Assembly: GCA_973895155.1 (NCBI GenBank)
Contig: OZ316893.1
Span: 22,231,844-22,295,843 of the forward strand
DNA from: Marsupella aquatica
Lineage: Eukaryota; Plantae; Marchantiophyta
DNA length: 64,000 nt
Direction: 5' to 3'
Under the pieces are notes generated by a model. That model did not search any database, was not told where the DNA came from, and was given only the letters and a program-made list of their open reading frames with translations. The position numbers and the translations under genes are program-made. Shown one piece after another: positions 1 to 10,397 of the stretch (positions within the stretch are counted from its first letter, which is position 1; each line of letters begins with the position of its first letter).

Positions 1-57
1 CTGCTTTGTGATACTTCTGCGAGCGTCCTCCCGTCGGCGAATGGCACCATCTCCTTG
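1..57 (-). CDS. RS-subfamily SR splicing factor, third coding exon (truncated by window edge)
   Basis: Acceptor TAG at 60-58. Reads QGDGAIRRREDARRSITKQ in phase 0, the linker before RRM2. Confidence 0.85.
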
Positions 58-421
58 CTATTATTCAATGACAGAGATGATTGGATAAACACTATGTCAG
101 ACTCTGGCATTCTGTCCATCACAGTTTAGGAAGAAACCCATGATTTCAAAAGAAAACAAGAAAAGGGTCTCCTCTATTCATAGTTGCGTGGCCCACTGAC
201 GGATCCTACAGCCGGACGACACACTGCATTAAGAATACAATGTCACCCTCGAGGGGGTAATCACACGAAACCACACGGCAACTAGGACTTTGAGGGCTTA
301 GTCATCCATAAATGTTTTCAAGTATTTTCCCAGACGCCTCCAAGTATTAAAAGCAGAGCACATGAATTTGAAACACGATGCGTCTCTTAGACCTGTAGCT
401 TGACGTTCTTGTGAAACTTAC

Positions 422-534
422 TTTGGCCCACTCAACACAAAGCCGTCGGCGCTGCCTGCCAAACTCTGAATTGTCCAGAGCACGGATGGCATCCTCTGCA
501 TCCCGTTCATCCTCCATATAGACGAAAGCAAATC
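422..534 (-). CDS. RS-subfamily SR splicing factor, second coding exon (RRM1 RNP1 half)
   Basis: Acceptor TACAG|GA at 535/534, phase-compatible with exon 1. Encodes [38 protein letters not shown]. Donor AAA|GTAAGT at 422/421. Confidence 0.95.
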
Positions 535-703
535 CTGTACATGAAGAAAAGCCAGTGAGCGTCTTTGGGACGTGCTTTACCAGGAATAGCCTCACCCCAA
601 GATACTAGCATTATTAGATTATTGTCAGATATGCTGCAAGACCTAGGGGTCAGTAAGGGATCCACAATACAGGGCTTTCAAGAGAATGGTAAATTCACAA
701 CAC

Positions 704-1199
704 CTGGCCTCCAATCCCATTTGTTGCTGCACTAAAGTACGATGTCCGGAAGGACGTTGCTATGATGTCAGGAAGAACGTTGCATGATGCACTAAGGATG
801 ACGTGCATCAAGAAGGTTGTGATGACCAGACGTATCAAAGCAGCCAGAACTGATTTGAGTGAAAGGATCTCAATTGTTGACAAGCACAGCAAGAGTCAGC
901 CAAGCCTGCACCAATATCGTTGCTCCAGCATCGAAGTCTGTCCTGATGAATATCTAGTAATTCTGCTGCACACGCACGCATGATGTGGTGCGATCATGCG
1001 CTGAGCATGATCGCAAGGACAGCTGAGATGTTGACAAGAAGCTGACGAGGTGGAAGGTATGACAGATATGATGATCTCCGGATGGTAGGAGAACTTCTGT
1101 CCGCTGCAGGTTTTGTTGGACGCTGATGCTCTGAGAGTGGAGAGACAGTTGGCATGAAGAGGAGGGGCAAGCAAAAATATCCGAAGTCTGTGATACATC
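704..1199 (-). other. Probable alternative (PTC-containing, poison) exon in the long RRM1 intron of the RS gene
   Basis: Candidate acceptors GCAG|GATG (1200/1199) and TGCAG|GTG (1239/1238), candidate donor GGCCAG|GTG (704/703). No frame stays open across the segment. Plant RS-subfamily genes are known to have conserved unproductive alternative splicing in this intron. Confidence 0.6.
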
Positions 1200-2157
1200 C
1201 TGCGTTGCCACACCCATTCTTAAGTAAACTATATTCACCTGCAATACACATTAGTCACTTATGTTTCAATTCTAGTACAGCGGCAAAGCCACAAACTATG
1301 CAGAAGACATAAAATTTCACTGCTCATTTGTCGAGTGATATAAAGACTAAGCATTAGTCATTAGCGGATATTTAATTATTTCTGTTCATTCGGAGGTGAG
1401 ACAAATCAGTTATATCAATGACAGTAAATCTATGACAGCAAAAGACAAATCAAAGAAATGTCTGCATGCCGTCCGTCCTAGCACTTAAGTTGAGGCCAGA
1501 CTTCATAAGTCTCTATCGAAAATTCACAGACGTGAACTAGACCAGTCTCCAACGGTGATGATACGAAATTCGCCATGAGTACACTAGACAGCTGACATAG
1601 CTAGTCTATAAGCAAAACATAATTTGATAACATACTGTGTAGCACCAAATGTAACCTGATACCGAGTCCTCGCAGCAATCAATCTATCACAAAGGCAGGC
1701 ATGGCATCCAGAAGAGCAACACATTTTTTAACAACCAAGATCCTGGAGTTTATAAATGTCTCCAACAAAATGGCGAAAAGCCCGCTTTTGAGGAGGAGGG
1801 AGACATTTTCACCACCACCCACCGTGTCAGATTTATTTCTTGATTACAGAACACACATGACCTAGAACGACCCTAATCACCCAAACCGAAGTGATCAGGC
1901 TGAGCCTAAGAGGCCACAGGGGCGCCTGACGGCAACGCATGTCCAGGAGAGTACGAGAAACAATGGTACGAACACGCAACGCGAGGATTCAACATGTTTC
2001 CACCATATGGTATGATCAAAGTGTACAAACGAAATAGAAATGGACTTAATTTCTGGCTCACAAACCTCATATGCTCCCGGACAGAAGCAGATTCGTCAAT
2101 AAGAAGAATTGATTCTATGTACGTAAGTCAAGATTTCAACATAAAGCAGCAGCATAC

Positions 2158-2275
2158 CTGTCTTCATATCAACACGATCCACCTTCCCAAACTTGATGAA
2201 CATCCTCTCAATTTCAGGTAGGCGGGCATCATACTCGAAGTTGCCACAAAAAACAGGCCGCATCCTCGCACTCAT
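2158..2275 (-). CDS. RS-subfamily serine/arginine-rich splicing factor (RS31/RS40/RS41-like), first coding exon (RRM1 N-half)
   Basis: Minus strand reads [40 protein letters not shown], the typical plant RS-protein N-terminus ([12 protein letters not shown]...VDMK.G). Donor CAG|GTATGC at 2158/2157. The second ATG at 2263 is the family-typical start. A 5'UTR intron is probable (acceptor TAG at 2296-2294, donor TAG|GTACCG at 3479/3478). Confidence 0.93.
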
Positions 2276-3809
2276 CTTGCCGTGTAATCGAATCTAATAT
2301 GTCTCTTTGAGCACAAATTCCCACAAGCCCTATCCCCTGAGCAAGTGAGATGCAGTAACCAGGGGGACTTCAAAAACAGTTCTGCAGAGCACCAAGAACA
2401 CGAGCCAGAGTATTAGGGTTCCTATAATGGCATCGCACTACAGTTCAATAGTGACTGTCAATGACAAGGTCTGTGCTAGCGGACCCCTAGACTGCACCGC
2501 AAAGATATGCGGAACAGTAGACAACAAACCCTTCAGAAAAAGTTTGACGGCACTGCTTGTAGAGGGAGAGAAACTGCAGAGATAACAAACGTGAAAGCAG
2601 TGCATCAAACTTGAATTCAAATACGACCATCAGGAATCCTAACACAGGTGCCTGTCCACATAATTTCCAGTACTTACTGGATCAGGCGATACGTTTGACC
2701 AACTCAAAGACATCGACGAGGAAACCATACAAAGAGGTTCCAAGCGAGTTTTCAATACGTTCTAAACAAAACTCAGAAGGACCCACGAAACCTCTCCTCG
2801 TCCTAACATGCACAATGCATTTGGAATGCAAGATCAATGACAGCTTATGACACATTGTAAAACTTAGTCCAGCAGAGTACTGAAGATCATCCAAAACTGA
2901 AATGAAAAAGAAAATTGGGAGTATCCCTAATTGAGACCCATAATCTCCACAAACCGTACAGAAAATTATGCAGATTTGAAGAGGACGGAACCACACAAAC
3001 AGTAGAGAACGTCTCGAATAGTGGAATTCACAAAGTTCGTCAAATAGTTTCGAAACCATCAGAGGACTTCTACACCAATTTTGCAGGAAAGGAGACCACC
3101 TCAACCTCCTGAGCGATTCCTTCACTTTGTCTCTCTGTCTCTCTGTCTCTCTATCTCTAGAGATCAGTGAGCAGTCAAACAAATCAACTCATTCAATTCT
3201 TCTTGAGTCACATACGCTGAAAGCACACCAAAGAAGAGATGCGTCCAGATGCCATTATTCCTATTACCATACCCAATGACCGCAGCAGGACGGCAATCGC
3301 AGTGGCAGAGTAACGACAGAGCAAACGCAGAAAAGAAACACAGATCCATCAAACCTAATGACGCTTCAGTCTACAGACATGATAGCACGCTGCCATCTCA
3401 TCCAATTCTTTATCCTGCCCCCCCCCCCCCACCACTTTCCATCGACTCCAAGCAAAACGAGGGAAGCGAAATCGGTACCTACCGAGGAAGAAGTCCAAAT
3501 CGAAATTTTGAAACAGAGAGTCACGAAGGTGGGTGGCGCATTCCGTGGGAGCGTCGTCTATGCTGGCGAATAATGCCGCCTCGTCCAAAGTGCAACACTG
3601 GTGCTGGCTGGTTCACTGCGAGTGCGAATGAAGCCGGTGGGGGAGGAGCGGCGCACAGCTTCTAAACAATCAGACCAGAAAGAAGCTGTGCAGTGAACTA
3701 CCACTGTAGTGAAGCTCTGCCTCGTGATGGATCACCACTCTGCACGAAACGAACTGAAATGACTTGGATGCAAAACGGGGGAGGTCGTATTTTTCCAGTG
3801 GCGAAAATG

Positions 3810-4045
3810 TATATGGTCATAAAATACACTACAACTGCATTTGGAAGAAGACTACTAACACTTGGGTTGTATTTTTTCAGTGGCTAAACTGTGTATGGTC
3901 ATAAAATACACTACAACTACATTTGGGAGAAGACTAGTAACACTTGGGTTGTGTTTTTTCAGTGGCTAAACTGTGTATGGTCATAAAATACACTACAACT
4001 ACATTTGGGAGAAGACTAGTAACACTTGGGTTGTAATTTTTCAGT
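3810..4045 (+). repeat. Tandem array, 3 x 82 bp
   Basis: GGTCATAAAATACACTACAACT(A/G)CATTTGG(G/A)AGAAGACTA recurs at about 3815, 3897 and 3979. Confidence 0.9.
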
Positions 4046-4047
4046 GG

Positions 4048-4740
4048 CCCCAAGTGTTAGTAGTCTTGTATTCAATGTAGTTGTAGTGTATTTTATGACC
4101 TGAAAATAGTGTCCAGGTGGGCTTGACAAGAGGGTCGCAATCTCATAACCCCAACTGTAGTCTTCTCCCAAATGTAGTTGCAGTGTATTTTATGACCTGA
4201 AAAATAGTGTCCAGGTGGGCTAGACAAGGGGGTCCAAATCTCATAACCCCAATTATAGTCTCCTCCCAAATGTAGTTGTAGTGTATTTTATGACCTGAAA
4301 ATAGTGTCCAGGTGGGCTAGACAAGGGGGTCGCAATCTCATAACCCCAACTGTAGTCTTCTCCCAAATGTAGTTGTAGTGTATTTTATGACCTGAAAAAT
4401 AGTGTCCAGGTGGGCTAGACAAGGGGGTCCAAATCTCATAACCCCAACTGTAGTTTTCTTCCAAATGTAGTTGTAGTGTATTTTATGACCTGAAAACTAG
4501 TGTCCAGGTGGGCTAGACAAGGGGGTCCAAATCTCATAACCCCAACTGTAGTCTTCTCCCAAATGTGGTTGTAGTGTATTTATGACCTGAAAATAAGTGT
4601 CCAGGTGGGCTACACAAGGGGGTCCAAATCTCATAGGTAACCCCAATTGTAGTCATGTCCCAAATGTAGTTGTAGTGTATTTATGAAATGAAAATAAGTG
4701 TCCAGGTGGGCTAGACAAGGGGGTCAAATCTGATAACCCC
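4048..4740 (-). repeat. Tandem array, about 7 x 97-98 bp, carrying the reverse complement of the preceding array's core
   Basis: TAGTCTTCTCCCAAATGTAGTTGTAGTGTATTTTATGACC plus ATAGTGTCCAGGTGGGCTAGACAAGGGGGTC. GACC at 4097, 4194, 4292, 4389, 4487, 4584, and a degenerate copy at about 4685. Confidence 0.9.
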
Positions 4741-6194
4741 AGGTCAGGCTAATAAGGGGGTAATGGCTCAAAGCTGCGCATTGAAACTGGATAACCCTTG
4801 CGGCGGTTACCATCTTCCGTCGAACGCAGTGCCATGGCCTTGATTTGAATAGTGGACCATTGATCAATGGGGCGCTATATTCAAATAGTGCCTCGGGATG
4901 GCCATCCAGAAGGGACTAAGTCCCGACTAAGTATGAGGAGACTAGTGAGCAAGTTACACTAGCAAAGACAATGTGTTGAGCTAGAATCATGCACAAGGGA
5001 CTTGGACTAGCGTTAGCAGCTGGGCAGGCCCTTAGGTGGGGTGGGCTTGGGGTGGACCGTTTGGACCCCCAAATGGACTCTGAGTTTTGAGGGCTTGCTT
5101 GAGTGAGAGCTCTTCTTGGGCTCAAGAGCATAGAATTTGAGTTCATGTGGAACGAACGCTTAATGCATGATTGAGAAATGGGCGACACTTGGGCCCGGGG
5201 TCCTCACTTCTTTTCTTCCAACCTATCACGCTGAATAAGTATAGGGTTTCTTATTGAGTTTAGTGAAATACTTCTAAATTTGTATTGAAGAACATTAGGG
5301 TTCATTTAATCCAATTTTGAGAATTACAAGAATAATAGGTTTTTTTTAAATCAAAGTTGGGAATATTCTTAGATTATTCCATTAAGTTAGGGGTAAAAAA
5401 ATTCATAAAAGAAACTTTATTGACTTAAGTTTTAGGGTGCTTTTCCTTCCAAAACTTTGGGCATGATATGGGAGACCCCTTGGATTGAGGCCCCCAAGCA
5501 CTTGGGTGGAGCTGCTTGGGAACCTTGACGGGCAATGAGCCCTGAGGGCTTGGGCATGATCGAGCATTGCGTCCACTTGATGACAAGGGGCTAAGGCACC
5601 TCACCTACAAATGTCTTACTAACTAGAAAGTTAATATGGGCCTAGCAAGTTAGCTTTGTGTCGGGTCAACTTGGTTGGAGTCCTAGTGAGGGCCAAAAGT
5701 AGAGGACTAAAGTTTATTTGAGGTGGCAGGTCTCCATAAGCATATATGAGGGGAGTGGTATGTCGCAGTGGGCCAAGGGCGAGTCCAAGTCATGAAGCGC
5801 GATGGTTGTGCTACTAATAAGAAACGCAAAGTAACGTAAATGGCAATGTCTGCTCAACAGGTTGTCCATTGGAGAACTTGCAGTTGTTAGATGCATTGGA
5901 AATCTCTCAAGGAGGACTACCTCCTCTTGATCTGAGCTAGGTCTAGGTGGGGTCTTGGGGTTCCTTTGCTCCATATGGTTTTCAAAGGTTATCTCACTTG
6001 CTTGCCAATCTTGCCACATAACAGCCAAACCACGTTCAATTCTCACCGGAACTTGCATTTGGGAGGAAACACAGAGTAGGCTTGGGTGCTGATCAAGCTC
6101 CAAGACAATGCATCATGCCCTCAAACTCCCGGTTGAGTTGGATCCATAGAAAATGGTTGCTAGAGTCGGGGCTGATTGAGCTAGTCATGTTGCT

Positions 6195-6445
6195 CTCGGG
6201 GGGTTAACTTAACTAGTGCATATTATGGGGTACCACATGTCATCATAGCATAATATAAATACTCTTGTTTTCTCTTATTCTATATTTTCAACAGTTATTA
6301 CCTATTTTATTTTATAATTAAAAAGTATTGTCGAGGTCGAGGTAAAAAACATTCTTTCAAATGGTGCCTACACTTAAAAAACTATTTAGCTATTCTCCAT
6401 AAAAATACCTATTTGGGATCACATGTGATTCATATAATTGTAGAA
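6195..6445. mobile_element. Truncated copy of CTCGGG-terminus TIR element family
   Basis: CTCGGGGGGTTAACTTAACTAGTGCATATTATGGGGTACC resembles the reverse complement of the 20765-20797 terminus. No second end or TSD found, so the right boundary is approximate. Confidence 0.5.
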
Positions 6446-8437
6446 GTCGACCTCTTTAGCCAGTGCTAGGGACAAGCTAGCTTTAGAACAATATATCCAG
6501 CTATTTGGGCCATGGGTATGTCCTAGAGTTTGGGTCACGGTCAGCCAGTGATAGATACAAAGTGAGGAAGCTCAAGTGGCAACCAGTAGAGGGGCTATTT
6601 TGGACGAGCAATGGGTGCCGACCTTAGCTTCAGCTCATGACAAGGGCTTTCGGGCCTAGGAGGCCCCATCCGCTCACTTACTTACTAATGACTATTGAAC
6701 TTGAGGCAAAACAATGGTCTTGGGATCTGAGATCCACGCGGGTTACGTAAGTACCGATTAGGTTGGTTGCATGTATAGGTAGTAGAGACCATTGAGCGAC
6801 AATGGTATTGAGTAGCAAGTCACAGAGCGGGTGATAGAGGCACCGAGGTGCTTGCTATTGGAGTTCCTTGTAGGCGTTTGGGCACTAGGAGTACTTCGGC
6901 AAAGGTACTGGGTGGCTAAGTCCACCACTATATCAGGCACTATACATGAGGCACATTGGAAAGATTTTTCCTAGCATTTTATAACAAACTCAAAAACTAA
7001 TATTCCATTGGATATTGAGTGACATAAAAATTAGCTCCTAAAAATAGTTTGCAAGCAAAAAATGTGGACAGTGAGTGATGGCAGAATTTTCTCTTCTACT
7101 TTTCCTGAAAATAGTAAAAATGCGAAATCTCTTAGACTCTTTAAATGTATTAATGTCTTGTTACCAGAGCACTGTGGACAATCCTAACCCTTCAAAAGTT
7201 GAGCTAAAGAACTTGTTTCCCACAGGCATAAGGCCCATAATGCCTTGTAAACAGGACATTAATATGAATTAGCCACATTTTCTGGGTCTCATTTGCTATG
7301 CCAGTTCCATCAATCAAAGGTCCATTAGCCCCGCCATTAGCCACAATGTGAAAGTTTTCCTTAAATCTAGGGAGATCTGATGGTCAGGAATAAGTCCAGG
7401 AAATTTCTAGAAGGAAGGTACTTAGCATCTCCTTATAATATATAGATGTGAGTGGTGATGGAGTGCACTTTAGCATTTCCTAGATTTGTTCATGTATATT
7501 ATAAATTCCCCTAGATACCATTTGAAATATTGGTGAATTTTAAAGGTCCTCAAGGGCAACTGTCCCTGAAGCAAAACTGGATCCAGGCTACCATATTTAG
7601 TTACAAATTTCTTTAATATGTACAAAAAAGGTTTTTCTGGCATATACCCACAGTACACCTTTGTGTCCCAAGGTAAGGATTTCATGCATGGGGATATGTT
7701 GGAAGGGGGGCGGAGAGGGCTGAAACTGCCCCTCCAGGGAGCTTTAACTGCCCTTCCAGGGAGCTTTATTTTCCTAACAACATAGGAAAATAATAAGCAG
7801 AAAACCAAGTTTCAGGCCCCAAACTGGCTTCCAGTTGTTTGGGTTGGAGAGGTTTGGTTCAAGTTTTGATGGCCTATTATTCCCCACAATAGCCTTGGCT
7901 CAGAACTTCTATGACATGACAATAGCCCCCGCAATAGCCTCTCCATGCCTCTATTCATGGACAGTGGGGTAATTGTATCATGAAAGCAAACAACTCTTTT
8001 TTAATGGATGAGCCAAGTTTTCAACTAGAGTCTCCATGCCTCCATACATGGATTCACAATGAGTTTTCTTAGTCAATTTGGAATGTTTCAAGTTGCTTAC
8101 CTACAATAGTAGACGTCCTTTAGTTTTAGTCACCTTTGTGTCCTAGCCATGCCTGTCATTTTTCATCAAACTGCTGATCCAAACCACTTGAGTATTGGTT
8201 AGCTCAAGTGGCTGCTATGTTCCAGGGCTCGCTTCACAGGAAAAGACAAGAAACGTAAAACCTGGTTTAAGGCCTCCAACTGCAAACCTGGTTTAAGAGC
8301 TCCAACTGCATGCAAAATAATAATAGAAAACCTGGTTTTCAGGCCCCCAATTGCCTGCCCAATGTTTGGCTTGCTATGGGAGGTTTCCCCCTCCAAAATA
8401 CTTTCTGATAAATTACACTCTTTATAGTATTAGACTA

Positions 8438-9286
8438 TGTAATTAGTTCGTGGACCCCTTGGCTAATAAAATCAGGGGGAAGAGTCGATCTGAGCCGTCT
8501 CCATTTCTTATCTCCGGAAATCTCGTCCGTCCATCATAATGGCCAATCTATGGCTCAAAAGAAAGATCTCCAATAGATCTATGGATGGGTTCTGTCCGTT
8601 TTGCAAATGGGTTAATATTTTCCAAATGAAACATTAAACAAATCCAAGCCTTCCTAGCCGTCGATTTTGTTAATTTTACGATCTTTGCCGTCCATGTTGT
8701 AATGCCTCTATAAATCTTATTCATCCATGTTAGAAGGCGATCTAGGGTGCAAAAGATAGATCTCAATGAGATCTACGACTGGGTATTTTTTGTTTTGAGA
8801 ATGAGTAAATAGTTTTGAGTATAAAATTCGATGAACGTTCAAGATTCCAGCCATTCCTCCTCCCCGATCTTGGGTTTCTATGTGCTCTTCCCAGCATTAA
8901 TGGCCGTACAATACGAGAGGTCCTTACATACCGGGAGTTACGGTTTAACAAGGAAGTTATCAAGTTAGTTATTAGTCATTATTTATTATATGAAAAATAC
9001 TTTTTATAAATCTTTGAATTTAAGTTTTAAAATTGAAAATGTAACTAAAACGGTTACATAGTGATAGTTTTAACCGTTTTGCTCTTTGCATTTCCAATAT
9101 TTTTACTTTTCTTTTTATGGCATGGCGTCCCAAAATTTACATCCAAATTGACACAAATACGAATGAAAACTAGAAATTTGATTCACAAAAGTGACAAATC
9201 TTGTTTGTTACGGTTATTGTTGACGTGACACGCTGTGGTGCCAGGAATTTTGGAAGGGACCTCTAGTGGGGTCCGTAACTAATCAC
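8438..9286. mobile_element. Candidate non-autonomous TIR (MULE/MITE-like) element
   Basis: Imperfect ~20-bp inverted ends GTAATTAGTTCGTGGACCCC / GGGGTCCGTAACTAATCAC around an AT-rich interior. No convincing TSD. Confidence 0.4.
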
Positions 9287-9610
9287 CCAAAGTTAGTATC
9301 ACACATTTTAATTATTGTTTGAGCCTTCAATTTTCTACAAGTGACACTATTTATTGTCACGCCCATTTATAAAAGAAAATCAAAATATCCAGTTGTTTGA
9401 AGTGCAGCTGTAGTTTTGCAAACGACAGATTTCCATGGTTCCCCACACGGAAACACCAGAGCTAGCTTGCTCTCAAAGGTAATGGCGTGTCTCACATTGG
9501 GAAACCGAGTCACCACTGCCAATTCCATGGTTTTAGTTACGCCATTGAACCACGACCGCGTTGTTGGTCAGCAGCGTAATCTGGAAGCTTGCCTTGCCCA
9601 TCTCCAAAAC

Positions 9611-9620
9611 TATATATATT
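9611..9620 (+). promoter_or_regulatory. Probable TATA box of HMA-domain gene
   Basis: TATATATATT about 430 bp upstream of the ATG, followed by a pyrimidine-rich initiator-like stretch. Confidence 0.45.
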
Positions 9621-9671
9621 AGTCCCATCTTTCGCATTCGATCATTTCAGCTCTACCTGAGTACAATTATT

Positions 9672-9892
9672 CCCAGTTGTAGCACGAGATTTGAGTATCG
9701 GATAGGACTTCGACAGTAGCTCGAAGAAATTGTAGCTTCTACGATCCCGGTTGTAGCTCGAGATTTGGTATCGTATAGGACGTCGACAGTAGCTCGAAGA
9801 AATTGTAGCTTCTACGATCCCAGTTGTAGCTCGAGATTTGAGTATCGTATAGAACTTCGACAGTAGCTCGAAGAAATCGTAGCTTCTACGAC
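9672..9892 (+). repeat. Tandem repeat, 3 x ~74 bp, in the presumed 5'UTR of the HMA gene
   Basis: Unit GTAGC(T/A)CGAGATTTGAGTATCG(T/G)ATAGGACTTCGACAGTAGCTCGAAGAAATTGTAGCTTCTACGATCCC starts at about 9679, 9753 and 9826. Confidence 0.85.
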
Positions 9893-10040
9893 AGCAAAAT
9901 CGGCGAATTTCGATCGAGTTGAAGTGATTCTTGGTGACAGAGCTTCGTGGTGTTGAGAACTCGCCGACATTACACGTACCGGTGATCATACTGCCGGTTG
10001 GAAGAAAAAGTGCAGGTTGTGCGGGAGTTGAATTGTGACA

Positions 10041-10397
10041 ATGGAGTCCTGGAATGATTTCTTTGGGACCAACAATAACAACTACCAGCCCGAGTGGATG
10101 AACGTGGGATCCGATTCAGTGGCCTCGCAGGTGATCCGCTACCGACCGCGGCCATATGATGGCTACACCACGTCCGTTGTCGAACCTCGTGTGATTACCA
10201 TGGAGCTGAAGGTTCCCATCTGCTGCGAGGGCTGTAAGGAGCGCGTGCTGTCGCGTCTCATCGACGTCGAAGGAGTGTATTCTGTGAGGTGCGACCAACT
10301 GAAGCAGAAGGTCACGGTCTCGGGCACCGCCGCGCCCGCCGATGTCCTGAAAGTGTGTAAGAAGCTCTTCAAGCCCTCGAAGTGGTGGGACTCTTGA
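10041..10397 (+). CDS. Heavy-metal-associated (HMA) domain protein, HPP/HIPP-like, intronless, 118 aa
   Basis: ELKVPICCEGCKERV...VEGVYSVRCDQLKQKVTVSG...PADVLKVCKK is an HMA fold with a CxxC metal-binding motif. GC-rich coding-like composition. ATG at 10041. No C-terminal CaaX motif. Confidence 0.9.
   Translation: MESWNDFFGTNNNNYQPEWMNVGSDSVASQVIRYRPRPYDGYTTSVVEPRVITMELKVPICCEGCKERVLSRLIDVEGVYSVRCDQLKQKVTVSGTAAPADVLKVCKKLFKPSKWWDS

Noticed and set aside
3810-4740. Regularly spaced repeats resembling a CRISPR array
   Set aside because: The inter-repeat sequences are themselves repeated (no unique spacers), the context is eukaryotic and there are no cas genes.
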